A DNA stretch of 64,000 bases, taken from Thermodesulfobacteriota bacterium (lineage in GTDB: Bacteria > Desulfobacterota > Desulfobacteria > Desulfobacterales > UBA11574). Below are positions 48,971 through 58,767 of this stretch, in pieces. The position numbers and the translations under genes were made by a program. The notes beneath the pieces were generated by a model that was not told the DNA's origin, did no database searches, and saw nothing but the letters and a program-made list of their open reading frames with translations. The stretch lies in the NCBI GenBank assembly GCA_042573625.1, contig JBHPCZ010000004.1:1148-65147 (forward strand). The letters are read 5' to 3'. The first letter of the stretch is position 1; the number at the start of each line of letters is the position of its first letter.

Positions 48971-49490
48971 GGTTCTTCTCCAGATTAGTTGTAGAAAATC
49001 CTGCCTACAAGGCATACAAGCCTGTCTGAGGTTTACCCGCCTCTGGAGGGCAGACAAGGATTCAAGGGGCCAAGTGTTTTTTTTCTAACGATTTTATCAA
49101 CATCCTTCAGCAATATTTGAAGGTGCAGACACGGCGGATCTTCTTATTTGAGATGTCAGACCCTACCTTCTTCTTTCGGAAATTTTCTTGTTATTCTATA
49201 AATATCCAAACGGAGTTCATAAGATTTCTGCCATACTTTTCATTCTTTATACTTTTTAATCATTTCTCTCGAACCCCTGGCCCAGAACGGTTAACCATAC
49301 TATATTGTCAACAAACTATCACCATTATGAAGCTTAGCCTATACTCTAAGTAATCACCACGTCGCGACAGGGCGGGCCTTGAACCCTCGATTCCTTGAAT
49401 CCTAAAATTTCTTAGCATCTCACTCGAATCCTTGAATCCTTGCCCCCCTGAATCCTTAGGATCACTCCAACTCTTTTGGAGGTGATTCTG
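48971..49490 (-). mobile_element. composite octamer-flanked cassette (D3) between archease and rtcB
   Basis: Same end motifs as D2 and D4; contains the pseudogene below and a second start stub (MLRNF). Confidence 0.75.
49062..49263 (-). pseudogene. four-helix-bundle protein (23S rRNA IVS / bAvd-like) pseudogene
   Basis: MIKKYKE*KVWQKSYELRLDIYRITRKFPKEE / frameshift / GLTSQIRRSAVSAPSNIAEG / deletion / LIKSLEKK.HLAP. Confidence 0.9.
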
Positions 49491-49492
49491 TA

Positions 49493-49906
49493 TTATACAT
49501 CGAATATTATCTTGGCTTCCCATCCCGAGGGGCCGCTGCTGACCTGAATCTGGTGATAGGTCACCGCTTTGATTTCGATTTTAACCGCATGACGATCCGG
49601 ATCATATGGGTCCGTCATCACATTTGCGGACAGTTCATTTTCCGTCAGGGACAGTATATGAACCTTTTTGACCAGCACTTCTTTGCCTGACCAGAGATAT
49701 AACAGCTCCCTGAGCCAGTTGACCATCAAATCAGGCCAGTCTTCTCCTGCGATCCGAATGTGGCTTTCATCCAGACCGCGCAGCATGTCGATATTCGTAA
49801 TCTGGTCGAACAGTGCATGAGCGGCATTGGTGAACAGGTCTTTTGAATCTGTTCCAAAAACGTGAATGCCAAAGTCGGCGGTGTGGTCTATCAACTTGTA
49901 TCGCAT
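49493..49906 (-). CDS. archease
   Basis: DHTAD, EIKAVTYH, C-terminal FDV. Confidence 0.96.
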   Translation of the reverse strand: MRYKLIDHTADFGIHVFGTDSKDLFTNAAHALFDQITNIDMLRGLDESHIRIAGEDWPDLMVNWLRELLYLWSGKEVLVKKVHILSLTENELSANVMTDPYDPDRHAVKIEIKAVTYHQIQVSSGPSGWEAKIIFDV

Positions 49907-49924
49907 AAGGTTTTGATTCGTTGT

Positions 49925-50000
49925 CCACAGATTACGCTGATTTTCGCAGATGATTAAAAAACATGTCTCCTTAATCCGAGAAATCCGAGAAATCTGCGGA
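49925..50000. repeat. short inverted 9-mer repeat array
   Basis: acagattac gctgatttt cgcagat ... aatccgaga aatccgaga aatctgcgg. Confidence 0.6.
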
Positions 50001-50001
50001 T

Positions 50002-51933
50002 CTAAAATTCAATGATCGTTCCTGTTTTTTCCGTACTGTATCCCCCCAGTGCTTCAACACGCTTTTTAAATGCTGAAGAGTTAATGGTTTCGAGAAGAAT
50101 TTTGATGTTGTCCGACGCATAATATATTTCCGGAATGATCAGGTCGTACTGTTCGGTGACCACCGGGATGAAGTCCAGATCCAGGGCTTTTGCCGCCGCG
50201 AAGATGCCCAAACCCACATCCGCCGCATTGCTGAGCACAGCGACGGCCACCGACATGTGGGTAAATTCTTCGTTTTCATATCCGTTGATGGCACCCGGAT
50301 CGATACCCAACTGCTTCAAACGGTAATCGAGGAGAATTCTTGTGCCGGAACCGGCCTGCCTGTTCATGAACGTTACATCATCGTTTCCCAGATCTTCAAT
50401 GCCCTTGATCCCTTTGGGGTTTCCTTTCTGAACAATCAGACCCTGATCTCGAAATACAAAATTCGTCAATTTTACGTGAACATCGGGAAGAAATTTTTGA
50501 ATATATGAAATATTGTACGATCCGTCCTCCGTATCCAGAAGATGCGATCCGGCCACGTGGCATGCCCCTTTCTTAATGGCCATCAACCCGCCCATGCTTC
50601 CCACGTGGCTTGATGAAAGGGAAAGACTGCGATGGCCTTCCCTGATCTGGTCGGCTAAAATGTCGAGCGTGTTGTCATGGCTGCCCACCACAACGATGGT
50701 ATTGTCAACGGAAGACAAGGGGCGAAGAAGTTCGGCAGTCACCGCATCATCGATTTTCAACCCCTCGATGTGATTCGGAATTCGGATGATTCCATCCGCC
50801 TCTGTTAAGGTGGTTATACATCCCGCGCCCCGGGCCAAAGGCGTCGCTACAACCCTGCTGCCGACGGTTCCGAGTTTAACACGTAAAAACTCTTCAACAC
50901 CGAGCTTTGACGCGACTTTCCGGGTCAGGTCGACCCGGACCTTGGGTCTCTCTTTTTCCGGCTGCCCCAGCATCATGGATATCAACGGGCTGACGAACTG
51001 CTCAAAAGCGATGATCGCCGATACCGGATATCCGGGTATTCCAAAAACAGGCTTCTCCTTTATTGCCCCGATGAGAACCGGCTTTCCGGGCATCATGGTA
51101 ACGCCGTGAACCAGCACTTCGCCGAGGTTGTCAATAACGTCTCTCGCATAGTCCTCAGACCCGGCCGATGATCCGCCGAGAATCAGAATGATCTGAAAAT
51201 CGCTGTTGGCGGCATCACCTATTGCCTGTTTGATCTGTTCAAGATCGTCCTGAATCATCTCATGCCGTTGAAAGATACCGCCGACCGATTCGGTGAGCTT
51301 TCCGAGGACAAATGAGTTTGTTTCAATGACCTGGCCCGCTTTAAGATCCCCGGGCGGCGTTTTCTGCCAGTCTACCAGTTCTGATCCTGTCGGGACAATG
51401 AGCACTTTTGGTTTTTTTCTGACAGAAACATTAAAAATGCCCGCGGTAATCAGTGCGCCCAGACAATAGGGTGTGACGATATGATTCTGAGGAAAGAGAA
51501 GCTCTGTTGCCACAATGTCTTCGCCGACTTTTCTGACGTTCTGCCAGGGAAATGCCGCCGCTTCGATCTCAACATGGTTTTCATCCAGGGCGTTGACATG
51601 TTCAATCATAATCACCGCATCGGTACCTTCCGGCATGACATGGCCGGTATTGACATGAAAAGCATCCCTTTCAATGATCAGTTGCTTTGGCTTTGTTTCA
51701 CTGGCGCCGAAAGTGGCCTCGGCTTTTACGGCAATGCCGTCCATTGCGGATGAATGAAAACCGGGTGAAGAAAGTGCCGCGGTTACCGATTCCGCAAGGA
51801 CCCGGCCGACGGCGTCCGGAACAGGCACCCTCTCAGCGGCAAGTCCGTTGGACAGTGGAAACCGGTTAAAAAGGATTTTCTTAGCCTCTTTCAGTGTTTT
51901 CATCTCCAGATATATATGACGCCTTTTGCTCAT
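50002..51933 (-). CDS. MoeA fused to a PBP/LysR-type substrate-binding domain
   Basis: SAMDGIAV, PTGSEL, GGSSAGSED, PGKP, then GSHD, GSMGG, NRQAGSGTR. Confidence 0.93.
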   Translation of the reverse strand: MSKRRHIYLEMKTLKEAKKILFNRFPLSNGLAAERVPVPDAVGRVLAESVTAALSSPGFHSSAMDGIAVKAEATFGASETKPKQLIIERDAFHVNTGHVMPEGTDAVIMIEHVNALDENHVEIEAAAFPWQNVRKVGEDIVATELLFPQNHIVTPYCLGALITAGIFNVSVRKKPKVLIVPTGSELVDWQKTPPGDLKAGQVIETNSFVLGKLTESVGGIFQRHEMIQDDLEQIKQAIGDAANSDFQIILILGGSSAGSEDYARDVIDNLGEVLVHGVTMMPGKPVLIGAIKEKPVFGIPGYPVSAIIAFEQFVSPLISMMLGQPEKERPKVRVDLTRKVASKLGVEEFLRVKLGTVGSRVVATPLARGAGCITTLTEADGIIRIPNHIEGLKIDDAVTAELLRPLSSVDNTIVVVGSHDNTLDILADQIREGHRSLSLSSSHVGSMGGLMAIKKGACHVAGSHLLDTEDGSYNISYIQKFLPDVHVKLTNFVFRDQGLIVQKGNPKGIKGIEDLGNDDVTFMNRQAGSGTRILLDYRLKQLGIDPGAINGYENEEFTHMSVAVAVLSNAADVGLGIFAAAKALDLDFIPVVTEQYDLIIPEIYYASDNIKILLETINSSAFKKRVEALGGYSTEKTGTIIEF

Positions 51934-51993
51934 AATTCTCCCATTTGATTTGTTATGTTATACACCACGCGGCGCACGAAGGTTAATTATTGA

Positions 51994-52159
51994 GGTTCTT
52001 CTCCAGTTTAATTGGAGAAGAGGGTTCGAGGATTCAAGGGGTCAAGGGTTCAAGCGCTTGTTCTTCAAAGATTTTATCAGCGCTTTGAGCATCCTTTCAA
52101 CTTCTTCTGTATCATCTTGAATCCTTAGGATCACTCCAACTCTTTTGAAGGTGATCCTA
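51994..52159 (-). pseudogene. octamer-flanked four-helix-bundle cassette remnant (D4)
   Basis: Minus strand DDTEEVERMLKALIKSLKNKRLNP*; shared end hairpins. Confidence 0.82.
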
Positions 52160-53386
52160 AAGCAGTTTCACCGAGACTTCGGCACCCTTGACCAACCCTT
52201 CCGTGTTCATCCCTATTTCGATGAGACCATCCGCCTTCACCATGGTATTGATTAGGCCCGACTTGCCAAGGATCGGTTCTACCCAAAGGGCAGCATTTTG
52301 TTCAACAAACCGGACACGGATATAATCTATACGACCCTGTGCGGAGGACAAGTTTCTGCTGAGCCGGGCCGGGATTATCGATGGGCTTTTATGTTTCGAT
52401 GAGCGCCCGCCGATATGCTCAATAAAGGGCCGAACAACAACATCAAAAACAATCATGGCCGATACGACATGTCCGGGCAAACCCCAGAAGGCCTTGCTTT
52501 GAGCTTTGGCCAAAATGGTTGGCTTGCCGGGGCTTATCGGTATTCCGTGCACAAGGATATCCGCTTCAGGCAGGGCGCTGAGGGCTTCAATCGTATAATC
52601 GCGGGTTCCCACTGAACTTCCTCCTGAAATCAGAACCATGTCTGACCGAGCCAAAGCCTGCGTGCAGGTATTAAAAAGTGTATCAAAATCATCTTTAACA
52701 ATGCCGTATGTCACCGGAATACCGCCGGCTTCTCTAACGAGGCCGGACAAGGTATACGTATTGATATCACGAATCTGGCCGGGCCCGGGAATTTCATTGG
52801 CCGGGACAATCTCATCCCCCGTGGAAATGATTCCGATGACGGGATTTCTATAGACCTTAACCGTTACTCTGCCAAATGCGGCCAGGAGTCCGGTTTCCTG
52901 GGGCCTGAGTTTCCGGCCGCAATCAAGAATGATATCGCCTTTCCTGAAGTCCTCACCCTTCTCCAGAATGTGCTGTCCCGGAGCGACACTCCGGTATACT
53001 TCAATGCTTGTTTTGTCGATGACTTCAGTGTGTTCAACCATCACGACGCTGTCTGAGCCCTCCGGCAACATCCCTCCGGTCGGCATCTTCGCGGCCTCAC
53101 CGATTCCAACAGTAAATCCCGGCGCCGCTGCCATGGCAACAGACCCTTTGAGGGTAAGATACGCCGGATTTGCTTCGGATGCACCAAAGGTCGAGGCGGC
53201 ACGGACGGCATACCCGTCCATCGTGGAGCGTGCGAAACCCGGAAGGTCGATGTCGGAAACAATGTCCTCGGCCAGAATTCTTCCGGTGGTTTCGGAGAGT
53301 TGAATCTCTTCCGTCGCAACCCGGTCAAAATCAGATGCATATTCGAGGACCCGGCCCAATTCGGTAACTTTAAAAAATTCTTTCAT
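52157..53386 (-). CDS. moeA: molybdopterin molybdotransferase
   Basis: STMDGYAV, STGDE, SGGSSVG, PGKP, LPG. Confidence 0.95.
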   Translation of the reverse strand: MKEFFKVTELGRVLEYASDFDRVATEEIQLSETTGRILAEDIVSDIDLPGFARSTMDGYAVRAASTFGASEANPAYLTLKGSVAMAAAPGFTVGIGEAAKMPTGGMLPEGSDSVVMVEHTEVIDKTSIEVYRSVAPGQHILEKGEDFRKGDIILDCGRKLRPQETGLLAAFGRVTVKVYRNPVIGIISTGDEIVPANEIPGPGQIRDINTYTLSGLVREAGGIPVTYGIVKDDFDTLFNTCTQALARSDMVLISGGSSVGTRDYTIEALSALPEADILVHGIPISPGKPTILAKAQSKAFWGLPGHVVSAMIVFDVVVRPFIEHIGGRSSKHKSPSIIPARLSRNLSSAQGRIDYIRVRFVEQNAALWVEPILGKSGLINTMVKADGLIEIGMNTEGLVKGAEVSVKLL

Positions 53387-53414
53387 ATTCTACAAGCGCT
53401 CTGTGGTTTAGGTT

Positions 53415-53592
53415 GAGACCTTTGAAAAACGCCCCCTTTTGCCCAATCCCGGTGCCTGCCCCGTGCAATGCGAAACCTATTTCACTGGGGTCAGGCTCAA
53501 ATCTTAATCCTCGAAATGCTCAATGTATTCATGTGGTTAAGATTTTCACCTTCCGTGGCCTTGAACAAAATTGAACATTTTTCAAAGGTCTC
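53415..53592. mobile_element. family B element copy 2 with an inserted hairpin
   Basis: GAGACCTTTGAAAAA terminal IRs, GGTT on both flanks, extra cctgccccgtgcaat...tttcactgggg segment. Confidence 0.85.
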
Positions 53593-53850
53593 GGTTGATC
53601 TTCAGAATATCTGTATCGGACTTTGTTGATACAAAATTGAAAAATCTTGTCCGTCAATAAAATAGCTGTTTTTAATACAATAGTCGATTATTTGTTATCA
53701 CAAAGGTTATTTAAGTTCAAACGATTGAGAGGGTTTCATGATATATAATAAAGGAACTGTACTTAATGCCCGGTCCGGCACAAAGAGAAATTGCCGGAGA
53801 AGTGAGGATTGCTTGCAAATTTTTTGAAAGATAGTATATAATCGAGAACC

Positions 53851-55350
53851 ATGCCAGAGACCATAGATCCTCAAATACCTGCTCAGCGAGCAGCGGAACC
53901 CGATTTTCTGACCCAAACCCGGTTTGATGCGTTTGACCTGCCTGCAGAGGTTCTGTCCGGTATGGACGATATCGGCTTCACGTACTGCACTCCGATACAG
54001 GCGCAGGTCCTGCCCGTGTCTCTGGCCGGCAAGGATGTCGCCGGTCAGGCACAGACCGGCACCGGAAAGACGGCTGCCTTTCTGGTAACGATTTTCACCC
54101 GGCTTTTGGGCCTGCCCCGGCGGAAGGATGGCCTGCCGTCGGCCCTTATTGTCGCTCCCACCCGGGAACTGGCACTCCAGATCTGCGAAGAGGCCGAAAT
54201 CCTGGGCCGTCATACGGGGTTGAGTATGGCCCAGGTCGTCGGCGGTGTTGACTACCATAAACAGGCCGAGACCCTGCGTAAGGGCGTGGATATTGTTATC
54301 TGTACACCCGGTCGAGTCATCGATTATTTTAAACAGGGCATCTTCAAAACCGCCGGCATTAAAGTCGTTGTTGTTGATGAGGCCGACCGCCTTCTGGATC
54401 TTGGTTTTGCTAAAGACATGCGTTATATCCTGCGCAAGCTTCCCCATTATGAAACCCGGCAGTCCATGCTTTTCTCAGCAACGCTTTCCTACCGTGTCCT
54501 GGAACTCACGTATGACTACATGAACCTGCCCGAGTTTGTTTCTGTTACACCCGAGGAAGTTACTGTTGAAGGAATTGAGCAGTCCCTGTTTCACGTCGGA
54601 ACCGAACATAAGCTGCCCCTTCTTCTCGGTTTGCTGGCCAGAGAGGATTGGCGCCGGCTGCTTATCTTTGTGAACACCAGGGTCGGCGTGGATTGGCTTG
54701 CCAAAAAACTCAAAGGAAACGGCTGGCCCGCCGAGGGTATCACCGGCGATTTGCCTCAACGCAAACGATTCAGGCTGATGGAGGGGTTCAAAAATGGCCG
54801 AATCAAGATTCTGGTGGCGACCGACGTCGCATCCAGGGGCATTCACGTTGAGGATATCAGCCATGTTATCAATTACGATTTGCCCCAGGATGCTGAGAAC
54901 TACATTCACAGGATCGGGCGAACTGCCCGGGCGGGAAAGACCGGCAGGGCGCTTTCTCTGGCGTGCGAAAAATATGTTTTTCATCTCGAACTTATTGAGG
55001 AGATGTTGGGATATAAGATCCCGATAATATGGCCGGAAGATGACTGGTTGGTAGCGGATAAATCCCGAACCATACCCGCCGAACGAAAACAGAGGGGGAG
55101 GAAACCTGTGCGACGGCGACCTTCCAGACCCGGGGAAAAGCGACCCTTCCAAAGAAAATCAGAAAAAAAGCCATTGAAAAAAGCTGGACCAAGATCGGTC
55201 CCCGGCGCTTTTTTTGGTTTTGCTCCTGAGCCAAAACCCAAAACCAAGTCAGACCCGCTATTAAAGCAGAAAGAATCCACTGGACAAAAAAGAAGGCGTC
55301 GGCCCAAAAAGAAGAGCCCCGACCCAAACGGTGACGTCTCTACCCAATAG
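53851..55350 (+). CDS. DEAD-box RNA helicase (RhlB-like)
   Basis: AQTGTGKT, PTRELA, DEAD, SAT, HRIGRTAR; basic C-terminal tail. Confidence 0.95.
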   Translation: MPETIDPQIPAQRAAEPDFLTQTRFDAFDLPAEVLSGMDDIGFTYCTPIQAQVLPVSLAGKDVAGQAQTGTGKTAAFLVTIFTRLLGLPRRKDGLPSALIVAPTRELALQICEEAEILGRHTGLSMAQVVGGVDYHKQAETLRKGVDIVICTPGRVIDYFKQGIFKTAGIKVVVVDEADRLLDLGFAKDMRYILRKLPHYETRQSMLFSATLSYRVLELTYDYMNLPEFVSVTPEEVTVEGIEQSLFHVGTEHKLPLLLGLLAREDWRRLLIFVNTRVGVDWLAKKLKGNGWPAEGITGDLPQRKRFRLMEGFKNGRIKILVATDVASRGIHVEDISHVINYDLPQDAENYIHRIGRTARAGKTGRALSLACEKYVFHLELIEEMLGYKIPIIWPEDDWLVADKSRTIPAERKQRGRKPVRRRPSRPGEKRPFQRKSEKKPLKKAGPRSVPGAFFGFAPEPKPKTKSDPLLKQKESTGQKRRRRPKKKSPDPNGDVSTQ

Positions 55351-55394
55351 AAACCTGTCAGATAGTAGAGGCAGTTTCAAAACCTCCCGTTCGC

Positions 55395-55510
55395 GAAAAC
55401 TTTAAATTTTGGCTAACGCCCTCAAACAGTTGCAAATTTTTATCCGCCTCAGGCGGATTAACGCTCCGCTTCGCTAAGAACTTTTGAGCAAAATTGTCAA
55501 AAGGCTTCAC
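55395..55510. repeat. partial copy of the CTCAAACAGT hairpin core
   Basis: ctcaaacagtt..aattttt[atccgcctcaggcggat]..cgctccgcttcgctaag..aaaaggcttc resembles 42440-42507. Confidence 0.6.
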
Positions 55511-55587
55511 CATGAGTCAGTTCCCACGGGGATCCCTCATGGGATATAATACCAGAGGCTTTATAAAGATTTTCGGAGGTGGTTAAC

Positions 55588-58500
55588 ATGTCCACTAAAA
55601 GAAAAATCAGCATATCCACGGCGTATCTTTACAGCATGTTATTGATAACGGTGTTGTCAATTCTAATTGTTGGATATTTATGGATATCTTATGTGTCGAA
55701 CAGGTTTGCAGCGGAATCTGACGCCCTAAAAACAGAATATATTGAATTTCACGAATCAATGGTGAAAAACGAAGTCGAAAAAGTCATTGATTTCATATCA
55801 TACAAACATTCTCAGGTCGAAGCGCGGCTGAAACAAGACATAAAAAATCGCACATATGAAGCATATGAAATCGCAATGAATATTTACAAGGAAAATAAAG
55901 GCGATAAGAGCAGCTCGGAAATAGAAAAGATGGCAAAAGACGCGCTGAGGCCGATTCGGTTTAACAACGGCCGGGGATACTTTTTTGCGACAGAGTTAAA
56001 TGGCGTAGAGCGATTATTTGCCGACCGTCCGGAGCTTGAAGGAAAAAATTTAATCGGAATGCAGGATACAAAAGGAAAGTTCGTTATCAAAGATATGATT
56101 GATATCGTGAAGGATAGAACGGAAGATTTTTACGAGTACACCTGGACAAAACCGAATGCGAAAGGAAAGGATTTTCCGAAAATCGCATTTGTTAAGCATT
56201 TTGAGCCGTTTGACTGGTTTATCGGAACCGGTGAATATCTTGACGATGTGGACGAAGATATTCAAAAAGAGGTCCTAAACAGGATTGAGCAAATCAGATT
56301 TGGTAAAAATGGATATATTTTTGCGGGTTCGTGGGACGGGCTCACTCTGTCAGGGCCGGCCAAAGGGAAAAATATGTATGATGTGACAGACGCCAATGGC
56401 GTGAAAATCGTTCAGAAACTCATCGCTTATGCAAAAACGGGCGGCGGATTTGTTCGTTACGTTATGCCTGGGTTGGACGGGAAAAAGAGTGCGCCCAAGA
56501 TAAGTTACGCTGATGGAATAAATGCGTGGAAATGGTATGTCGGCGCAGGTGTATATATTGATGAGATAGATCAGGTCATTGCGAAAAAGAAAATCCAGCT
56601 GCAAGAAGAGGTGAGATTTCAGGTTCTAAAGATTACAGCAACCTTAATTGCCCTGATTGTTTTCACGACGATTATTGGGAAATTCACTTCGAGCAAAGCA
56701 AAAAAGAGTTTCGAAGTATTCTTGTCATTTTTTGAAAAGGCGGCGGCCGAATCTGCAAGTATTGATGAGAATGAAGTATATTTCTCGGAATTTTCAAAGT
56801 TGGCGAGTTCTGCGAACCAGATGGTTGCTGACCGAAAACACTCCGAGACGGCCCTGAAAGAGAGCGAAGAGCGCTTGAGGAGTTTCTACGATGCTGCCTT
56901 TGAAGGGATTGCCATTACCGAGCAAGGCAAGTTTATCGATTTGAACAGCCGTTTTGCCGAAATTTTTGGGTATGAATATGATGAGTTGATTGGAAGAGCG
57001 GTCATGGAGCTGGTTGCCGAGGAGGATCGAGAGCTGGTGTCAGGGCATATCCGTTCAGACTTCCAAGAACCGTATGAACACAAGGCGCTTCATAAAGACG
57101 GTTCGATACTTTTCGTTGAAGTTCAGGGACGGCAGGCGCAATTCCACGGACGCCCGGTTAGAGTAACGGCCATTCATGACATCTCTGAACGAAAACGGTC
57201 CGAGAATGCCATAAGGGAGAGTGAAAATAAATTCCGGACTCTGTTTGAATTTGCTCCTGATGTGTATTACCTGCACGATATGAACGGCCATTTCATAGAT
57301 GGAAATAAAACTGCTGAAAACCTGCTCGGATATAAAAAAGAAGAATTAATTGGGAAAAATTTATTTGAACTGGATCTGCTCAGCGAAGAGGGACTGAAAA
57401 AAGCTGCTGAAAATATAGCCGAAAATTTAGCGGGAAAACTTACAGGTCCTGATGAGTATATTTTAAAAGACAAGTTTGGTCGTCAGATTGTAGTAGAGAT
57501 AAGAGCTATTCCCATAGATTACGGCGGTCAAAATGTTGTCTTGGGAATTGCGCGGGATATCTCGGAACGAAAGCGCGCGGAGGAGGAACGAAAGCGCCTG
57601 GAGACCCAACTTGCGCAAGCCCAAAAAATGGAATCCATCGGCACGTTGGCCGGGGGCGTTGCCCATGACTTCAACAACATTCTTTCGCCCATCATCCTGC
57701 ACACGGAGATGATGTTGGAGGATACGCCGGCAGAAAATCCGCTCCGGCTTAATTTAGAGGAAATTCACAGTGCCAGTATGCGAGCGAGAGATCTGATCAA
57801 ACAGATCCTTACGTTCAGCCGTCAGACCGAGAAAGAGAGAATCCCTTTAATACTCGACTCAATCATCAGGGAAGCGATTAAAATGCTGAGGTCCTCTTTG
57901 CCTTCGACAGTTGAAATACGCCAGAACATAGAAAGCGGCGTGGGGCCGGTCCTGGCGGATCCGACCCAGATCCATCAGATCATGCTGAATCTATGCACAA
58001 ACGCTGCGCATGCCATGCGAGAGAAGGGTGGAATATTGGAAGCCAGTTTGGTTGATGTGGATTTAAATCCGGAGGACACGGCCCACATCCCTGACTTGGA
58101 GCCGGGGCAATACGTAAAGTTGACCGTGAGTGATACCGGTGCCGGAATGGAGAGCAGTGTCAAGGAACGGATTTTCGAACCGTATTTCACGACAAAGGAA
58201 AAGGGTGAAGGGACAGGCCTCGGTCTTTCCGTGGTTCATGGAATTGCAAAGAGCTATAATGGAGCGATCTTGGTGGATAGTGAACCGGGCAAAGGCACTA
58301 CCTTTCAGATATTCCTCCCTCAGACGAAAAGGCGCATATCATCAAAATCAGCAAGCGCGGTTCAATATTCCGGAGGAAACGAGAGGGTGCTGTTGATTGA
58401 TGATGAGCGGAGCATGTTAACCGCTTTACAACAGATGCTGGAGCGTCTGGGATACACCGTTGATGCCCGGATGAACGGCGTTGAAGCGCTGGAGATTTTT

Positions 58501-58749
58501 CGAGCGGATCCCGGCGAATTCGATCTGATCATCACGGACTATACGATGCCCGAAGTCACCGGTGCGGATTTGGCCAGGGAGGTTATGGGTATCCGACCTG
58601 ATATTCCGGTGATATTGTGTACCGGTTATAGCGATCAGATGGATGAAGAGAAGTCGAAAGCGATGGGTATCCGGGCATTTGTAATGAAGCCGATTGTAAT
58701 GGGTGAAATGGCTGAAACCATCCGGAAAGTGATCGAGAATGACACATAG
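55588..58749 (+). CDS. Cache-PAS-PAS hybrid histidine kinase with receiver domain
   Basis: Two Cache-like periplasmic repeats, 2 PAS, AHDFNN, GTGLGL, REC (ITDYTMP). Confidence 0.95.
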   Translation: MSTKRKISISTAYLYSMLLITVLSILIVGYLWISYVSNRFAAESDALKTEYIEFHESMVKNEVEKVIDFISYKHSQVEARLKQDIKNRTYEAYEIAMNIYKENKGDKSSSEIEKMAKDALRPIRFNNGRGYFFATELNGVERLFADRPELEGKNLIGMQDTKGKFVIKDMIDIVKDRTEDFYEYTWTKPNAKGKDFPKIAFVKHFEPFDWFIGTGEYLDDVDEDIQKEVLNRIEQIRFGKNGYIFAGSWDGLTLSGPAKGKNMYDVTDANGVKIVQKLIAYAKTGGGFVRYVMPGLDGKKSAPKISYADGINAWKWYVGAGVYIDEIDQVIAKKKIQLQEEVRFQVLKITATLIALIVFTTIIGKFTSSKAKKSFEVFLSFFEKAAAESASIDENEVYFSEFSKLASSANQMVADRKHSETALKESEERLRSFYDAAFEGIAITEQGKFIDLNSRFAEIFGYEYDELIGRAVMELVAEEDRELVSGHIRSDFQEPYEHKALHKDGSILFVEVQGRQAQFHGRPVRVTAIHDISERKRSENAIRESENKFRTLFEFAPDVYYLHDMNGHFIDGNKTAENLLGYKKEELIGKNLFELDLLSEEGLKKAAENIAENLAGKLTGPDEYILKDKFGRQIVVEIRAIPIDYGGQNVVLGIARDISERKRAEEERKRLETQLAQAQKMESIGTLAGGVAHDFNNILSPIILHTEMMLEDTPAENPLRLNLEEIHSASMRARDLIKQILTFSRQTEKERIPLILDSIIREAIKMLRSSLPSTVEIRQNIESGVGPVLADPTQIHQIMLNLCTNAAHAMREKGGILEASLVDVDLNPEDTAHIPDLEPGQYVKLTVSDTGAGMESSVKERIFEPYFTTKEKGEGTGLGLSVVHGIAKSYNGAILVDSEPGKGTTFQIFLPQTKRRISSKSASAVQYSGGNERVLLIDDERSMLTALQQMLERLGYTVDARMNGVEALEIFRADPGEFDLIITDYTMPEVTGADLAREVMGIRPDIPVILCTGYSDQMDEEKSKAMGIRAFVMKPIVMGEMAETIRKVIENDT

Positions 58750-58767
58750 GCTATAGGGTGAAACCCA

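Noticed and set aside
48953-49057. N-terminal extension of RtcB (similar extensions at 7241, 17556, 40382)
   Set aside because: The extensions run through repeat or intergenic DNA; downstream ATGs fit the RBS or family start better.
49062-49263. Diversity-generating retroelement (Avd-like gene) or selenocysteine TGA
   Set aside because: No reverse transcriptase or TR/VR pair in the window. The TGA comes with a frameshift and a deletion, which fits pseudogene decay.
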